Positions 43,497 through 52,082 of a stretch of DNA of 64,000 nucleotides are shown piece by piece. The translations under genes were made by a program, and so were the position numbers. The stretch is from Dehalococcoidia bacterium (GTDB lineage Bacteria > Chloroflexota > Dehalococcoidia > Lucifugimonadales > UBA2985): positions 2,621,700-2,685,699 of the forward strand of contig OZ244718.1 of the NCBI GenBank assembly GCA_965218945.1. The letters are read 5' to 3'. Each line of letters opens with the position of its first letter. The first letter of the stretch is position 1. Under the pieces are notes generated by a model, which did no database searches, was not told the origin of the DNA, and saw only the letters and a program-made list of their open reading frames with translations.

Positions 43497-44894
43497 CTAC
43501 GGAAGCTCGAACCTGCCGGTGGATATGATCTCCCCGTCCTTGACCTGCCAGACCTCGATGTAGCCGACAACGTCTCCGTTCTCGTCGAAGTCCACAGTGC
43601 CGGCTGCGCCTTCGTAGTTGATGTCCTCGCCGGCGGCAATGAGCTCCAGGGCCTTGATTATGCCTGCAATACCGGGGCCTACCACCTCTCCGGGGGGATT
43701 GGCGACTGAGCGCAGGGCGTCTCTGATGGCAGTGGAATCGGTGGTTGTGCCCGCCTTGGCAGCCGCCAGAGCAATCAGAACGGTTGCGTCGTAGGTCTCA
43801 GATGTGAACGGGTGCTGCACCTCTTCTCCGTAGGTCGCGTCGTAGGCGCTCTGGAACGCCTGGAGAGCAGGGCTGTCCGGCGCTCCCTGGGCGGTGCCCA
43901 AAGTCCCATCGAGAGCCGCCCAGCCGACTACTTCCATCATTTCGGGCGACTTGGTCGCATCCACGAACAGGAACTTGTCGGCGTAGCCACCCTCCAGGGA
44001 CTCCCGGAGGTATATCTCCGCCTGGCCGGGGTAGCTTATGGCGATGAGAACGTCCGGATCTCCCTCAGTGGCCTTCTCCAGCTCGGAGGTGAAAGTCGGT
44101 TGGGTCTCCTCATGCGCCACCTTGGCGGTTACCGTACCGCCAAGGGAATTGAATGTCTCCTCGAACTGGGCGGTCAGGCCGTCGCCGTAGGCGTTGTTGA
44201 TGTACATGATCCCGACTGTCGAGTAGCCCTGCTCCTGGGCAACCCGCGCCAGCACCACTCCCTGGGCGGCGTCTGATACGGCAGTGCGGAAGAGGAAGTC
44301 GTTGTCCTCAAGCACCGTAATGGCGGGGGACGTGGAAGCGCCGGTTACCTGGAGGACCCCCTGCGGGATCGTGACTGATTCAGCCACTGCGAGGGTCACG
44401 CCGCTTGCCAACGACCCCACTATCGCTACCACCCCGTCGATGCTCACAAGCGCTCGGGCGGCGTCGACTCCTTGCACCGGGTTCACGCCGGTGTCCTTCT
44501 CAATAACCTCGATCTGAGCGCCGTATATGCCTCCGGCATCGTTGATGTGCTTGGCAGCCAGGTTGACCGCGTTGAGGTGTGTTTCGCCGAAGTAGGAGAG
44601 GGAGCCCGTGAAGGCGTTTAGATGCCCAATAACCAGCGGGTCCGTCAACATCATGGCCGTCGGGTCCATCATGGCCTCGGTCGCCGTGGGATCCGGCATC
44701 GTGGCCCCAGTAGCCGTGGGATCCGGCATCATGGCCTCGGTAGCCGTGGGATCCGGCATCATGGCCTCGGTAGCCGGACTGGTGGCGGTGGGGTCTTCCT
44801 CACCATTGCACGCCATAGCGACCATCAGCATGGTGACAACCAAAACGGCGATGAGTTTCCTAGAGGCAATACTGGAATTCAAATGCTTCAACAT
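43497..44894 (-). CDS. Branched-chain amino acid ABC transporter substrate-binding lipoprotein
   Basis: ATG at 44894, 5 nt after AGGAGG. The lipobox is 'LMVAMAC'. A periplasmic-binding fold follows ('IGHLNAFTGSLSYFGE...AAKHINDAGGIYGAQIEVIEKDTG'). Confidence 0.85.
   Translation of the reverse strand: MLKHLNSSIASRKLIAVLVVTMLMVAMACNGEEDPTATSPATEAMMPDPTATEAMMPDPTATGATMPDPTATEAMMDPTAMMLTDPLVIGHLNAFTGSLSYFGETHLNAVNLAAKHINDAGGIYGAQIEVIEKDTGVNPVQGVDAARALVSIDGVVAIVGSLASGVTLAVAESVTIPQGVLQVTGASTSPAITVLEDNDFLFRTAVSDAAQGVVLARVAQEQGYSTVGIMYINNAYGDGLTAQFEETFNSLGGTVTAKVAHEETQPTFTSELEKATEGDPDVLIAISYPGQAEIYLRESLEGGYADKFLFVDATKSPEMMEVVGWAALDGTLGTAQGAPDSPALQAFQSAYDATYGEEVQHPFTSETYDATVLIALAAAKAGTTTDSTAIRDALRSVANPPGEVVGPGIAGIIKALELIAAGEDINYEGAAGTVDFDENGDVVGYIEVWQVKDGEIISTGRFELP
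44671..44776 (-). repeat. 3.5 x 30-bp tandem repeat encoding (MPDPTATEAM)n in the lipoprotein linker
   Basis: The units 44671-44700, 44701-44730 and 44731-44760, plus a partial unit to 44776, are nearly identical. Confidence 0.85.
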
Positions 44895-45357
44895 TGTTAC
44901 CTCCTGAGACACATTTCACCAACTTCACACGATACGCGATGAAATTCCACATCGTATTATAGCACTGCGTCCTTTAATCGTACACATTCTTACGAGGCGC
45001 TACGGCACATAAGCGTGGCAGCGCTGTGAGGAATGTTTACGGTGGGTCCGTCTACTTTACTCAGGATTGCTCGTCGAACAATATGAACAGGCGCGACAAC
45101 GGTTAGCTTCGCCGACATACGCCATAGATGCTTCGCTTTGCTCGTCATGACATTGATGCCGCGGCCCCGACTCCCCCCTTGGACGTCTTGGGCGTGAGCG
45201 GGTTATCGTGCAAACTGCTTTCCAGCCACCCGCACTGCCTCGCGTTACGAGTCTGGCGTTGGTCTAGTTCGCGCGTGCTATACTTATCATGTATAAGTGT
45301 CCATATTTGGGCCTGATAGTATCGGTTCTCCCCGGAGGAGGCGGAAGGAGTGTCTAT

Positions 45358-46407
45358 ATGGGTATCCAATGGTGGCTGCGCCTGGTGGGGCTGCCGCTTG
45401 CCGGGCTGGGTGGATGGGTGTTGGGATTGTGGGTTGGGGCGTCGGTGGACGAGCAGGCTCCCGTTCCGTGGGGCCTGGGAGGAATGCTGACCGGAGGCGT
45501 CATCGGTCTGGCTGTAACTCCCTATCTTGTTCTCACGCCAATCCGATGGACTCGCAGGGTCTTCATCGATATGAGCTTCAGCACGCTGGTGTCGGGAACT
45601 CTGGGCCTGGTAGTGGGTCTGGTTGTAGCAGCGCTTATTTCGGCAAGTCTCTCCAAACTGCCCGGCTGGCCCGGTGTGGCCGCTCCCATTGGCCTGAGCG
45701 TCATTCTCGGCTCCCTGGGCATGGTGGTCATGCTATTGCGTGAGCGCGACCTTGCCCCGATTCTCCAGGACCGCTCCCGCCGGGGTGGCCAGGCCGGACG
45801 ATTCAGCGCCAACGGGCGCGTCCTGATGGACACCAGCGCCATAATCGACGGCAGGATAGCAGACATCAGCAAGACGGGCTTCGTGAATGGCACAATGGTC
45901 ATCCCCAGGTTTGTCCTGGATGAGCTGCGACACATCGCAGATTCCAGCGACTCACTCAGGCGCACCCGCGGACGCAGGGGCTTGGAGATGCTAAACAAGC
46001 TGCGAAACGAGACGGACGTGCCCATCCAGGTCCTGGACGAGGACATCAGCGAGGTCTCGGAGGTGGACGGCAAGTTGGTGGTTATGGCCAAAAACCTCCG
46101 GGCGCCTATACTTACCACCGACTACAACCTGAACCGCGTCGCCGAGTTACAGGGTGTAAAGGTGCTCAACATCAATGAGCTGGCCAACGCCCTCAAGCCT
46201 GTGGTGATTCCGGGCGAGGAGATGATGGTGAGGGTTATCCAGGAAGGGAGAGAGACTGGTCAGGGAGTCGCCTTCCTGGACGATGGCACTATGGTGGTGA
46301 TAGAGGGCGGCAAGAAGTTCATCAACTCCCACCTGGACGTATCCATAACCAGGGTGCTCCAGACGGCTGCGGGTCGCATCATCTTTGCCCAGCCCAGCGC
46401 GACCTAG
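45358..46407 (+). CDS. yacL: Membrane-anchored PIN plus TRAM domain protein (YacL-like)
   Basis: Four N-terminal TM helices. The PIN domain shows 'VLMDTSAIIDGRI' and 'LTTDYNLNRVAELQGVKVLNINELA'. The TRAM domain shows 'VIQEGRETGQGVAFLDDGTMVVIEGG'. Confidence 0.85.
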   Translation: MGIQWWLRLVGLPLAGLGGWVLGLWVGASVDEQAPVPWGLGGMLTGGVIGLAVTPYLVLTPIRWTRRVFIDMSFSTLVSGTLGLVVGLVVAALISASLSKLPGWPGVAAPIGLSVILGSLGMVVMLLRERDLAPILQDRSRRGGQAGRFSANGRVLMDTSAIIDGRIADISKTGFVNGTMVIPRFVLDELRHIADSSDSLRRTRGRRGLEMLNKLRNETDVPIQVLDEDISEVSEVDGKLVVMAKNLRAPILTTDYNLNRVAELQGVKVLNINELANALKPVVIPGEEMMVRVIQEGRETGQGVAFLDDGTMVVIEGGKKFINSHLDVSITRVLQTAAGRIIFAQPSAT

Positions 46408-46416
46408 GGTGCAGCC

Positions 46417-47130
46417 GTGAGCCCAGACCCTTTGCCGGAGGGCGGACAGGAGCCCGGATCGAGTGTCGTCATTGTCGCTGCCGGCGTAAGCCGGCGAATG
46501 GTGGACGTGGACAAGGTATTCGCGCCGCTTCTGGGGAAGCCCCTCATTGCTCACACCGTCGCGCCCTTCGAGGATTGTCCGCAGGTGGGGGAGATTGTCC
46601 TGGTGCTGCATCGGGACAACCTGGAGCGGGGCCGCCGGTTGGTTGAGGTGGAAGGGTGGCGGAAGGTGAGCCAGGTGTGTCCCGGAGGCGAAAGACGGCA
46701 GGATTCGGTCAAGGCGGGGTTGGACAGCCTGTCGCCCTGCCGGTGGGTCATGGTGCACGATGGGGCGAGGCCCTGCGTAACGCAGGACACACTCCGGCGA
46801 TGCATACAGGAAGCGGAGCACACCGGGGCCGCCATACCAACCGTGCCCGTCAACGACACCGTGAAGAAGGTGGACGCGGAGGGAATCGTAGTCAGCACGG
46901 TCCCGAGGGAGGAACTGCGGGCGGTCCAGACACCCCAGGTCTTCCGATACGACCTTCTCCGGAAGGCGTACCAGGGCGATCTGGACGAGGTTACAGACGA
47001 CGCCTCTCTGGTGGAGAAGCTGGGGCATGAGGTTAGGGTGTTCGACGGGTCTCCCGACAACATCAAGATAACCACGCAAATCGACCTGCTGCTGGCCGAG
47101 GCTATCCTTCGCAACCGGGCCGGTCGGTAG
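46417..47130 (+). CDS. ispD: 2-C-methyl-D-erythritol 4-phosphate cytidylyltransferase
   Basis: 'VVIVAAGVSRRM..DKVFAPLLGKPLIAHT', 'VHDGARPCV' and 'VNDTVKKV'. Confidence 0.9.
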   Translation: MSPDPLPEGGQEPGSSVVIVAAGVSRRMVDVDKVFAPLLGKPLIAHTVAPFEDCPQVGEIVLVLHRDNLERGRRLVEVEGWRKVSQVCPGGERRQDSVKAGLDSLSPCRWVMVHDGARPCVTQDTLRRCIQEAEHTGAAIPTVPVNDTVKKVDAEGIVVSTVPREELRAVQTPQVFRYDLLRKAYQGDLDEVTDDASLVEKLGHEVRVFDGSPDNIKITTQIDLLLAEAILRNRAGR

Positions 47131-47143
47131 CTGGGGAGCGTTC

Positions 47144-47626
47144 ATGGCAGTCCGCGCCGGCATAGGGTACGATGTTCACAAGCTGGAGCCGGGCATCCCG
47201 CTATGGCTTGGAGGCGTCCGCGTGGAGTTCGAGGCGGGTCTGGCGGGACATAGCGATGGGGATGTCCTGGTGCACGCGCTGGTCGATGCCATGCTCGGAG
47301 CAGCGGGGTTGGGAGACATCGGCACATACTTCCCGTCATCCGATCCGCAGTATCGCGGCGCGCCCAGCCTCATGTTTTTGAGAGAAGTCGCCGATCTACT
47401 GGAGCGGCAAGGGTGGCAGGCGGTAAACCTGGATGCTACAATAGTCGCCGAACGCCCAAGGCTGGCTCCTTACGTACAGAGTATGCGCGAAAAGATTGCC
47501 GAATCAACGGGGCTGTCCCCGTTACAAGTGAATATAAAGTGCACCACCTCCGACGGTCTGGGGTTTCCGGGCCGTGGCGAGGGCATTGGGGCATTGGCCA
47601 TCGCCACCGTTGAGGCGAACGGATGA
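47144..47626 (+). CDS. ispF: 2-C-methyl-D-erythritol 2,4-cyclodiphosphate synthase
   Basis: 'GIGYDVHKL', 'GHSDGDVLVHALVDAMLGAAGLGDIGTYFP' and 'KCTTSDGLGF'. Confidence 0.92.
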   Translation: MAVRAGIGYDVHKLEPGIPLWLGGVRVEFEAGLAGHSDGDVLVHALVDAMLGAAGLGDIGTYFPSSDPQYRGAPSLMFLREVADLLERQGWQAVNLDATIVAERPRLAPYVQSMREKIAESTGLSPLQVNIKCTTSDGLGFPGRGEGIGALAIATVEANG

Positions 47627-49005
47627 GGCTGTACGACACCCTCTCCGGCGAAAAGCGCGATTTCGCTCCCCTTGGGGAGAAGGTGAGCATGTACGTATGC
47701 GGCCCCAACCTGTACGGCCCGTGCCACATAGGTCACGCCCTGTCCTACATCGTTTTTGACGTGCTGCGCCGCTACCTGGAACACCGGGACTACAAGGTCC
47801 ATCACGTACAGAACTTCACTGACATCGAAGACCGCATCATTGAGGTGTCCCAGAGAGACGACCTAAGCATAAGTGAGCTGGCGGAGCGCTACATCCAGCG
47901 CTTTCACCAGGAGATGGACGCCCTGGGCATCATGCGCGCCCACGACTACCCGCGAGCGACGGACTACATCGACCGCATGATAGAGATAGTCCAGCGCCTC
48001 ATTTCCAACGGGCACGCGTACGCCCTCGACGGAGACGTCTACTTCCGCGTCCGCGCCTTCGAGTCGTACGGGCAGCTCTCCAGACGTCCCCTGGATGAGA
48101 TGATGTCCGGCACGCGCGTAGAAGTAGACGAGCGCAAGGAAGACCCCATGGACTTCGCTCTGTGGAAATCGTCCAAAGACGGGGAGCCGGCCTGGCCCAG
48201 TCCCTGGGGTGCTGGACGCCCCGGCTGGCACATAGAGTGTTCGGCCATGTCCCTGAGCCTGTTGGGAGACCACGTCGACATACACGGCGGCGGTCAGGAC
48301 GTCATATTCCCGCACCACGAGAACGAGATAGCCCAGTCGGAGGTGTACACCGGGAAGGCTCCCTTCGTCCGCTTCTGGGTTCACAACGGCCTTCTGCGTC
48401 TCCAGGAGGGAGACGAGGAGAAGATGACCCGCCACCGGGGGAACATTGTCAGCTGCCAGCAGATACTGGAGCAGTACAATCCCGACGCCATACGCCTTTT
48501 CCTGCTCTCATCCCACTACAGAAGCCCCATCACGTACACCGACGATGGCATTGCCTCCGCCGAAAGGGCTCTTGAGCGCCTGACCAATGCCCTTCGCGTT
48601 GCTCCATCGGACGCTGCGAATGCGTCGATGGATGCGGCCCCTTTCCGGGACCGCTTCCGCGCCGCAATGGACGACGACCTGAACACGCCCCAGGCCATAG
48701 CCACCCTCTTCGATATGGCGCGAGAGATAAACCGCGACCGGGAGACGGGCATGGACGTAGGAGAGGCGCAGGAGGCGCTGCGGGAGATGGCCTCCGTATT
48801 GGGGCTGTCTCTGGAAGAGCGCCACAGTTCAGGAGGCGCCGAGGTCGACGCCTTCGTCGACCTTCTGGTGGAGACCCGCTCCCAGTTGCGCGCCGAGCGA
48901 AACTGGAAGCAGGCGGACGCCATTCGGGACCGCCTGGAGGAGTTGGGAGTGGTGATGGAGGACTCCTCCGCAGGTACGCAGTGGCGGTTCAGAGGCCCTC
49001 AGTGA
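47623..49005 (+). CDS. cysS: Cysteine--tRNA ligase
   Basis: 'MYVCGPNLYGPCHIGHALSY', 'GWHIECSAM', 'DIHGGGQDVIFPHHENEIAQSE'. ATGA overlap with ispF. Confidence 0.92.
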   Translation: MRLYDTLSGEKRDFAPLGEKVSMYVCGPNLYGPCHIGHALSYIVFDVLRRYLEHRDYKVHHVQNFTDIEDRIIEVSQRDDLSISELAERYIQRFHQEMDALGIMRAHDYPRATDYIDRMIEIVQRLISNGHAYALDGDVYFRVRAFESYGQLSRRPLDEMMSGTRVEVDERKEDPMDFALWKSSKDGEPAWPSPWGAGRPGWHIECSAMSLSLLGDHVDIHGGGQDVIFPHHENEIAQSEVYTGKAPFVRFWVHNGLLRLQEGDEEKMTRHRGNIVSCQQILEQYNPDAIRLFLLSSHYRSPITYTDDGIASAERALERLTNALRVAPSDAANASMDAAPFRDRFRAAMDDDLNTPQAIATLFDMAREINRDRETGMDVGEAQEALREMASVLGLSLEERHSSGGAEVDAFVDLLVETRSQLRAERNWKQADAIRDRLEELGVVMEDSSAGTQWRFRGPQ

Positions 49006-49044
49006 TTCACCTACGACCTCGGCTTGAATCGTAAGGAGTCTGCG

Positions 49045-50460
49045 GTGATATTGCAGTCTGTTGAGGCAGACCTCAAGCGCATCGTTGGGCCGGAGAACGT
49101 ACTCCTGGACGAGCCTTCCATAGCGGCCTACTCGATGGACGCCTTTGGCCGCTGGCGGGGCGAGCCGCTGGACTCCAACGCGCCACGAGTGTTCGCGGCG
49201 GTGCGCCCCGGCTCCACAGAAGAGGTCGCGGAGATTGTCAGCCTGGCCTGTCTGGAGAGCATACCCATCGTGCCATACGGCGGCGGCACGGGCGTAGCCG
49301 GCGCGGTGACTCCCCTCAGGGGTGGCATAGCCGTGGACCTGAAGCGGATGAACCGCATCCTGGAGATAAGCCCGGAAGACAGGACGGCGACCGTAGAGGC
49401 GGGCGTAATCCTTGGAGACCTGAACGATGCCCTCGGCAGAGAGGGCTTCATGCTGGGACACGATCCTTACAGCGTACCCATAGCCACTATTGGCGGCGCC
49501 ATATCCACAAACGGCGTGGGTTACAGGGCCGCCAAGTACGGCTCAATGGGTGAGCAGGTGCTGGGCCTGGAAGTGGTCCTTCCCAACGGAGAGACGCTCC
49601 GCACCAAGGCCGTGCCCAAGATGTCCGCAGGTCCTTCGCTTCACCCGCTGTTCATAGGAGCGGAGGGCGTTCTGGGCGTCATAACCAGGGCCACCCTCAG
49701 AGTCTTCCGCCTTCCCGAGACCCGCGTCTTCAAGTCCTTCACGTTCCCTGAGTTCGAGGACGGGTTCCATGCAATGCTGGAGATGTTCTCCCTGGGACTG
49801 AGGCCCGCCCTAATCGACGTCAGCGAAGAGCCTCTCTATTCGGCCGATGGCGCCGAAGAGTCGTCCACGGTGTTGATGTACCTGGTCTTTGAGGGGTACG
49901 CAGAGGAGGTGGAGGCCCAGGTTGCCAGGACGCTGAAGGTGTGCCTGGCCTCAGAGGGCAAGGACGTTGGCCCGGAGCCGGCTCAGCGATACTGGGACAC
50001 CCGCCACGACTCCGCCTACAGCTACAAGGAGAGGTTCCTGTCCGGCAAGCCTGTGGAACGATCCACGCGGGGCTGGCCCAGGACTACCGACTACCCCCAC
50101 GTCGCCCTTCCCGCATCCAGGGTGCTGGAGTACCGGCGCCACTGCCGAGAGCTGGCAGCTGAGCGCGGCCTGCACGTGAGGGAGTACTCGCTTTGGACGC
50201 AGCCGGAACTCTTCTCGATGATCCTGGTGGACGTAGCGATGGAGGAGAGGGGCGAACCTGGGCAGCTGGCCCGAACGTCGGACGAGGCGCTTTCTCTGGC
50301 GCAGGACATGGGCGGCTCAATGGAGTACGTCCACGGTGTTGGCATAAAGCTGGTCCACCTGGCGCCCCGTGAGTTGGGAAGCGGCCTGGAAGCGCTGCGC
50401 AGCATAAAGTCGGCTCTGGATCCCAACAACATTATGAACCCGGGCAAGCTGGGTCTTTAG
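49045..50460 (+). CDS. FAD-linked oxidase (GlcD / alkyl-DHAP synthase-like)
   Basis: 'VRPGSTEEVAEIVSLACLESIPIVPYGGGTGVAG' and the C-terminal 'HGVGIKL...LRSIKSALDPNNIMNPGKL'. GTG at 49045 lies 6 nt after AAGGAG. The ORF opens at 49024. Confidence 0.85.
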   Translation: MILQSVEADLKRIVGPENVLLDEPSIAAYSMDAFGRWRGEPLDSNAPRVFAAVRPGSTEEVAEIVSLACLESIPIVPYGGGTGVAGAVTPLRGGIAVDLKRMNRILEISPEDRTATVEAGVILGDLNDALGREGFMLGHDPYSVPIATIGGAISTNGVGYRAAKYGSMGEQVLGLEVVLPNGETLRTKAVPKMSAGPSLHPLFIGAEGVLGVITRATLRVFRLPETRVFKSFTFPEFEDGFHAMLEMFSLGLRPALIDVSEEPLYSADGAEESSTVLMYLVFEGYAEEVEAQVARTLKVCLASEGKDVGPEPAQRYWDTRHDSAYSYKERFLSGKPVERSTRGWPRTTDYPHVALPASRVLEYRRHCRELAAERGLHVREYSLWTQPELFSMILVDVAMEERGEPGQLARTSDEALSLAQDMGGSMEYVHGVGIKLVHLAPRELGSGLEALRSIKSALDPNNIMNPGKLGL

Positions 50461-50469
50461 GAGGTCTGG

Positions 50470-50682
50470 ATGGGATCGACAGCCCTGCGGACGGCGGTGT
50501 TCCTCATCATCGCGGTGGGGCTCATCCTGGGTGGAATACTGATATACAAGTTCTTCCTGAACATCTTCGAGATCTACGAAGTGCCTCTGCTGATAAGGCT
50601 TGCCGTAGTCGCCGGCGGCCTTGGGTTCGTGGTAATCCTCTTTTACGTTCTCTGGGAGAAGTTGCGCAATATGAAAGGGTAG
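50470..50682 (+). CDS. Small two-TM membrane protein
   Basis: 70-aa ORF starting 10 nt after the oxidase stop, with two hydrophobic helices. Confidence 0.5.
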   Translation: MGSTALRTAVFLIIAVGLILGGILIYKFFLNIFEIYEVPLLIRLAVVAGGLGFVVILFYVLWEKLRNMKG

Positions 50683-50702
50683 CAGTTCGAAGATAGAGAC
50701 TG

Positions 50703-50798
50703 ATGATAATTGTGACTACGGATGAGATAGAGGGCGTTCAGATAACCAGGGTGGCGGGGCTGGTGCGCGGGACGGCGGTGGTCGTGGATCAGGACTAG
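50703..50798 (+). pseudogene. YbjQ/UPF0145-like remnant (31 codons)
   Basis: 'MIIVTTDEIEGVQITRVAGLVRGTAVVVDQD*' resembles the N-terminus ('MIVTTT..i.G..i...lG.V.G') joined to the C-terminal 'GTAVVV' of this ~105-aa family. Confidence 0.35.
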
Positions 50799-50998
50799 CC
50801 GCTTCCCACTCAAGCTGGGGCTGCAGGAGGCGTCGATGGGCGATGTAGCCTTGAAAGTGGTCTTGAGAACGGTCTACTTTCTAATAGTGTCGGCACTCCT
50901 ACTATTGCCTGCCATAGTACTACTAAGCCTTCTATTCGGGCGCGACTAGCCGTACTTGCCATTAACGGCGCCTTAAAGCAGTATCACCCTCCAGCTGC

Positions 50999-51832
50999 TC
51001 ATCGCCGCAGCTCCACAATCACCTCGTCGCCCACTTCGACCCCAAGCTCCCGCGCCGCGTTGCCATTCCTGACCGCCAACTCAAGGCTCCCGTGGCTCCC
51101 GACGATAGCCAGGGTGTCCGGCCCTTCCTGATACGACCTGCTTATGCCGCGTATACGGCGTCCCTTCACCAGCGCCTCCACGTTCCTCTTCAGGAGCGGT
51201 TCCCCGTCTATGGTCGTTATCAGGTTCCCGTACCCGTCAACGTGGACTACGTGGCCGGCTATGCCGCTCCCGCGCTCCTCCGGATGAGGGATGCACAGGC
51301 ATATCATGGACTCCAGCCGCGCTCCAACTTCTGCTGGCGGTATGCCCAGGGACAGATGCGCCGCCGCGGGCGCAAAGACGTCCCGGCCGTGGAAGGTGTC
51401 GCTTAGGGGCGACAGCCGGAGGCTCTTGTTGGAAAGCTCGTAGGCGGCGTATCCTTCCGGTATGGACACGTCTGCAGGCTCACCGAACCCCTTGCCGCTG
51501 ACGGCCGTTTGATACTCGGCGCTCTCCCTGATTGCGTAGGTCAGGAGCCCGTTGTCCGGGGCCAGGAAACGGCCATCCGGCGAGGTCAGCAGAATGGCTC
51601 GCCTCGATGTCCCCACGCCCGGGTCCACTACAGCTGCGTGGATGGTGTCTTGTGGGAAGAAGCGGTAGGCAGACCCCAGGACATAAGCGCCCTCGAGTAC
51701 GTTCTGAGGGGCTATGTGGTGGGAGATGTCAACGAAGGCGGCGTGTGGGTTGATGCGCAGAGCGACTGCCTTCATCTCGGCGACGTATGGGTCGCGCGTG
51801 CCGAAGTCGGTGGTAAGGGTAATCAACGGCAA
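50999..51832 (-). CDS. SAM hydroxide adenosyltransferase family protein (DUF62)
   Basis: 'ITLTTDFGTRDPYVAEMKAV...FVDISHHIAPQNV' and 'VVDPGVGT.RR'. TTG start. Confidence 0.85.
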   Translation of the reverse strand: MPLITLTTDFGTRDPYVAEMKAVALRINPHAAFVDISHHIAPQNVLEGAYVLGSAYRFFPQDTIHAAVVDPGVGTSRRAILLTSPDGRFLAPDNGLLTYAIRESAEYQTAVSGKGFGEPADVSIPEGYAAYELSNKSLRLSPLSDTFHGRDVFAPAAAHLSLGIPPAEVGARLESMICLCIPHPEERGSGIAGHVVHVDGYGNLITTIDGEPLLKRNVEALVKGRRIRGISRSYQEGPDTLAIVGSHGSLELAVRNGNAARELGVEVGDEVIVELRR

Positions 51833-51863
51833 TCCGCCTCTACAAACGCAAGGGCCGGAGTGG

Positions 51864-52082
51864 TCAGAAGGGACCTACGACGCTCACAATGGCAATCAGA
51901 GTGAATACGACGGCCAGGGTGATGGTGAGCTGGAACAGCGTCTTCTCAATCCCGCGGCGTGTACGGAAAGACGCTTGCGCAGCACCGAAGAAGCCCGAAC
52001 CCTGTCCCCTCACCTGCATGAGGATGACTACTATGAGAAGGACGGACACCATTATCATAGCTATCTGGAAAAAGGACTCCAC
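51864..52082 (-). CDS. secG: Preprotein translocase subunit SecG
   Basis: 72 aa. 'VLLIVVILMQVRGQGSGFFG' is followed by a second TM helix. The GTG start overlaps the gatB stop by 1 nt. Confidence 0.85.
   Translation of the reverse strand: MESFFQIAMIMVSVLLIVVILMQVRGQGSGFFGAAQASFRTRRGIEKTLFQLTITLAVVFTLIAIVSVVGPF

Noticed and set aside
44671-44776. Possible CRISPR-like array
   Set aside because: The repeats are directly adjacent with no spacers, they lie in-frame within a lipoprotein CDS, and no cas genes are nearby.
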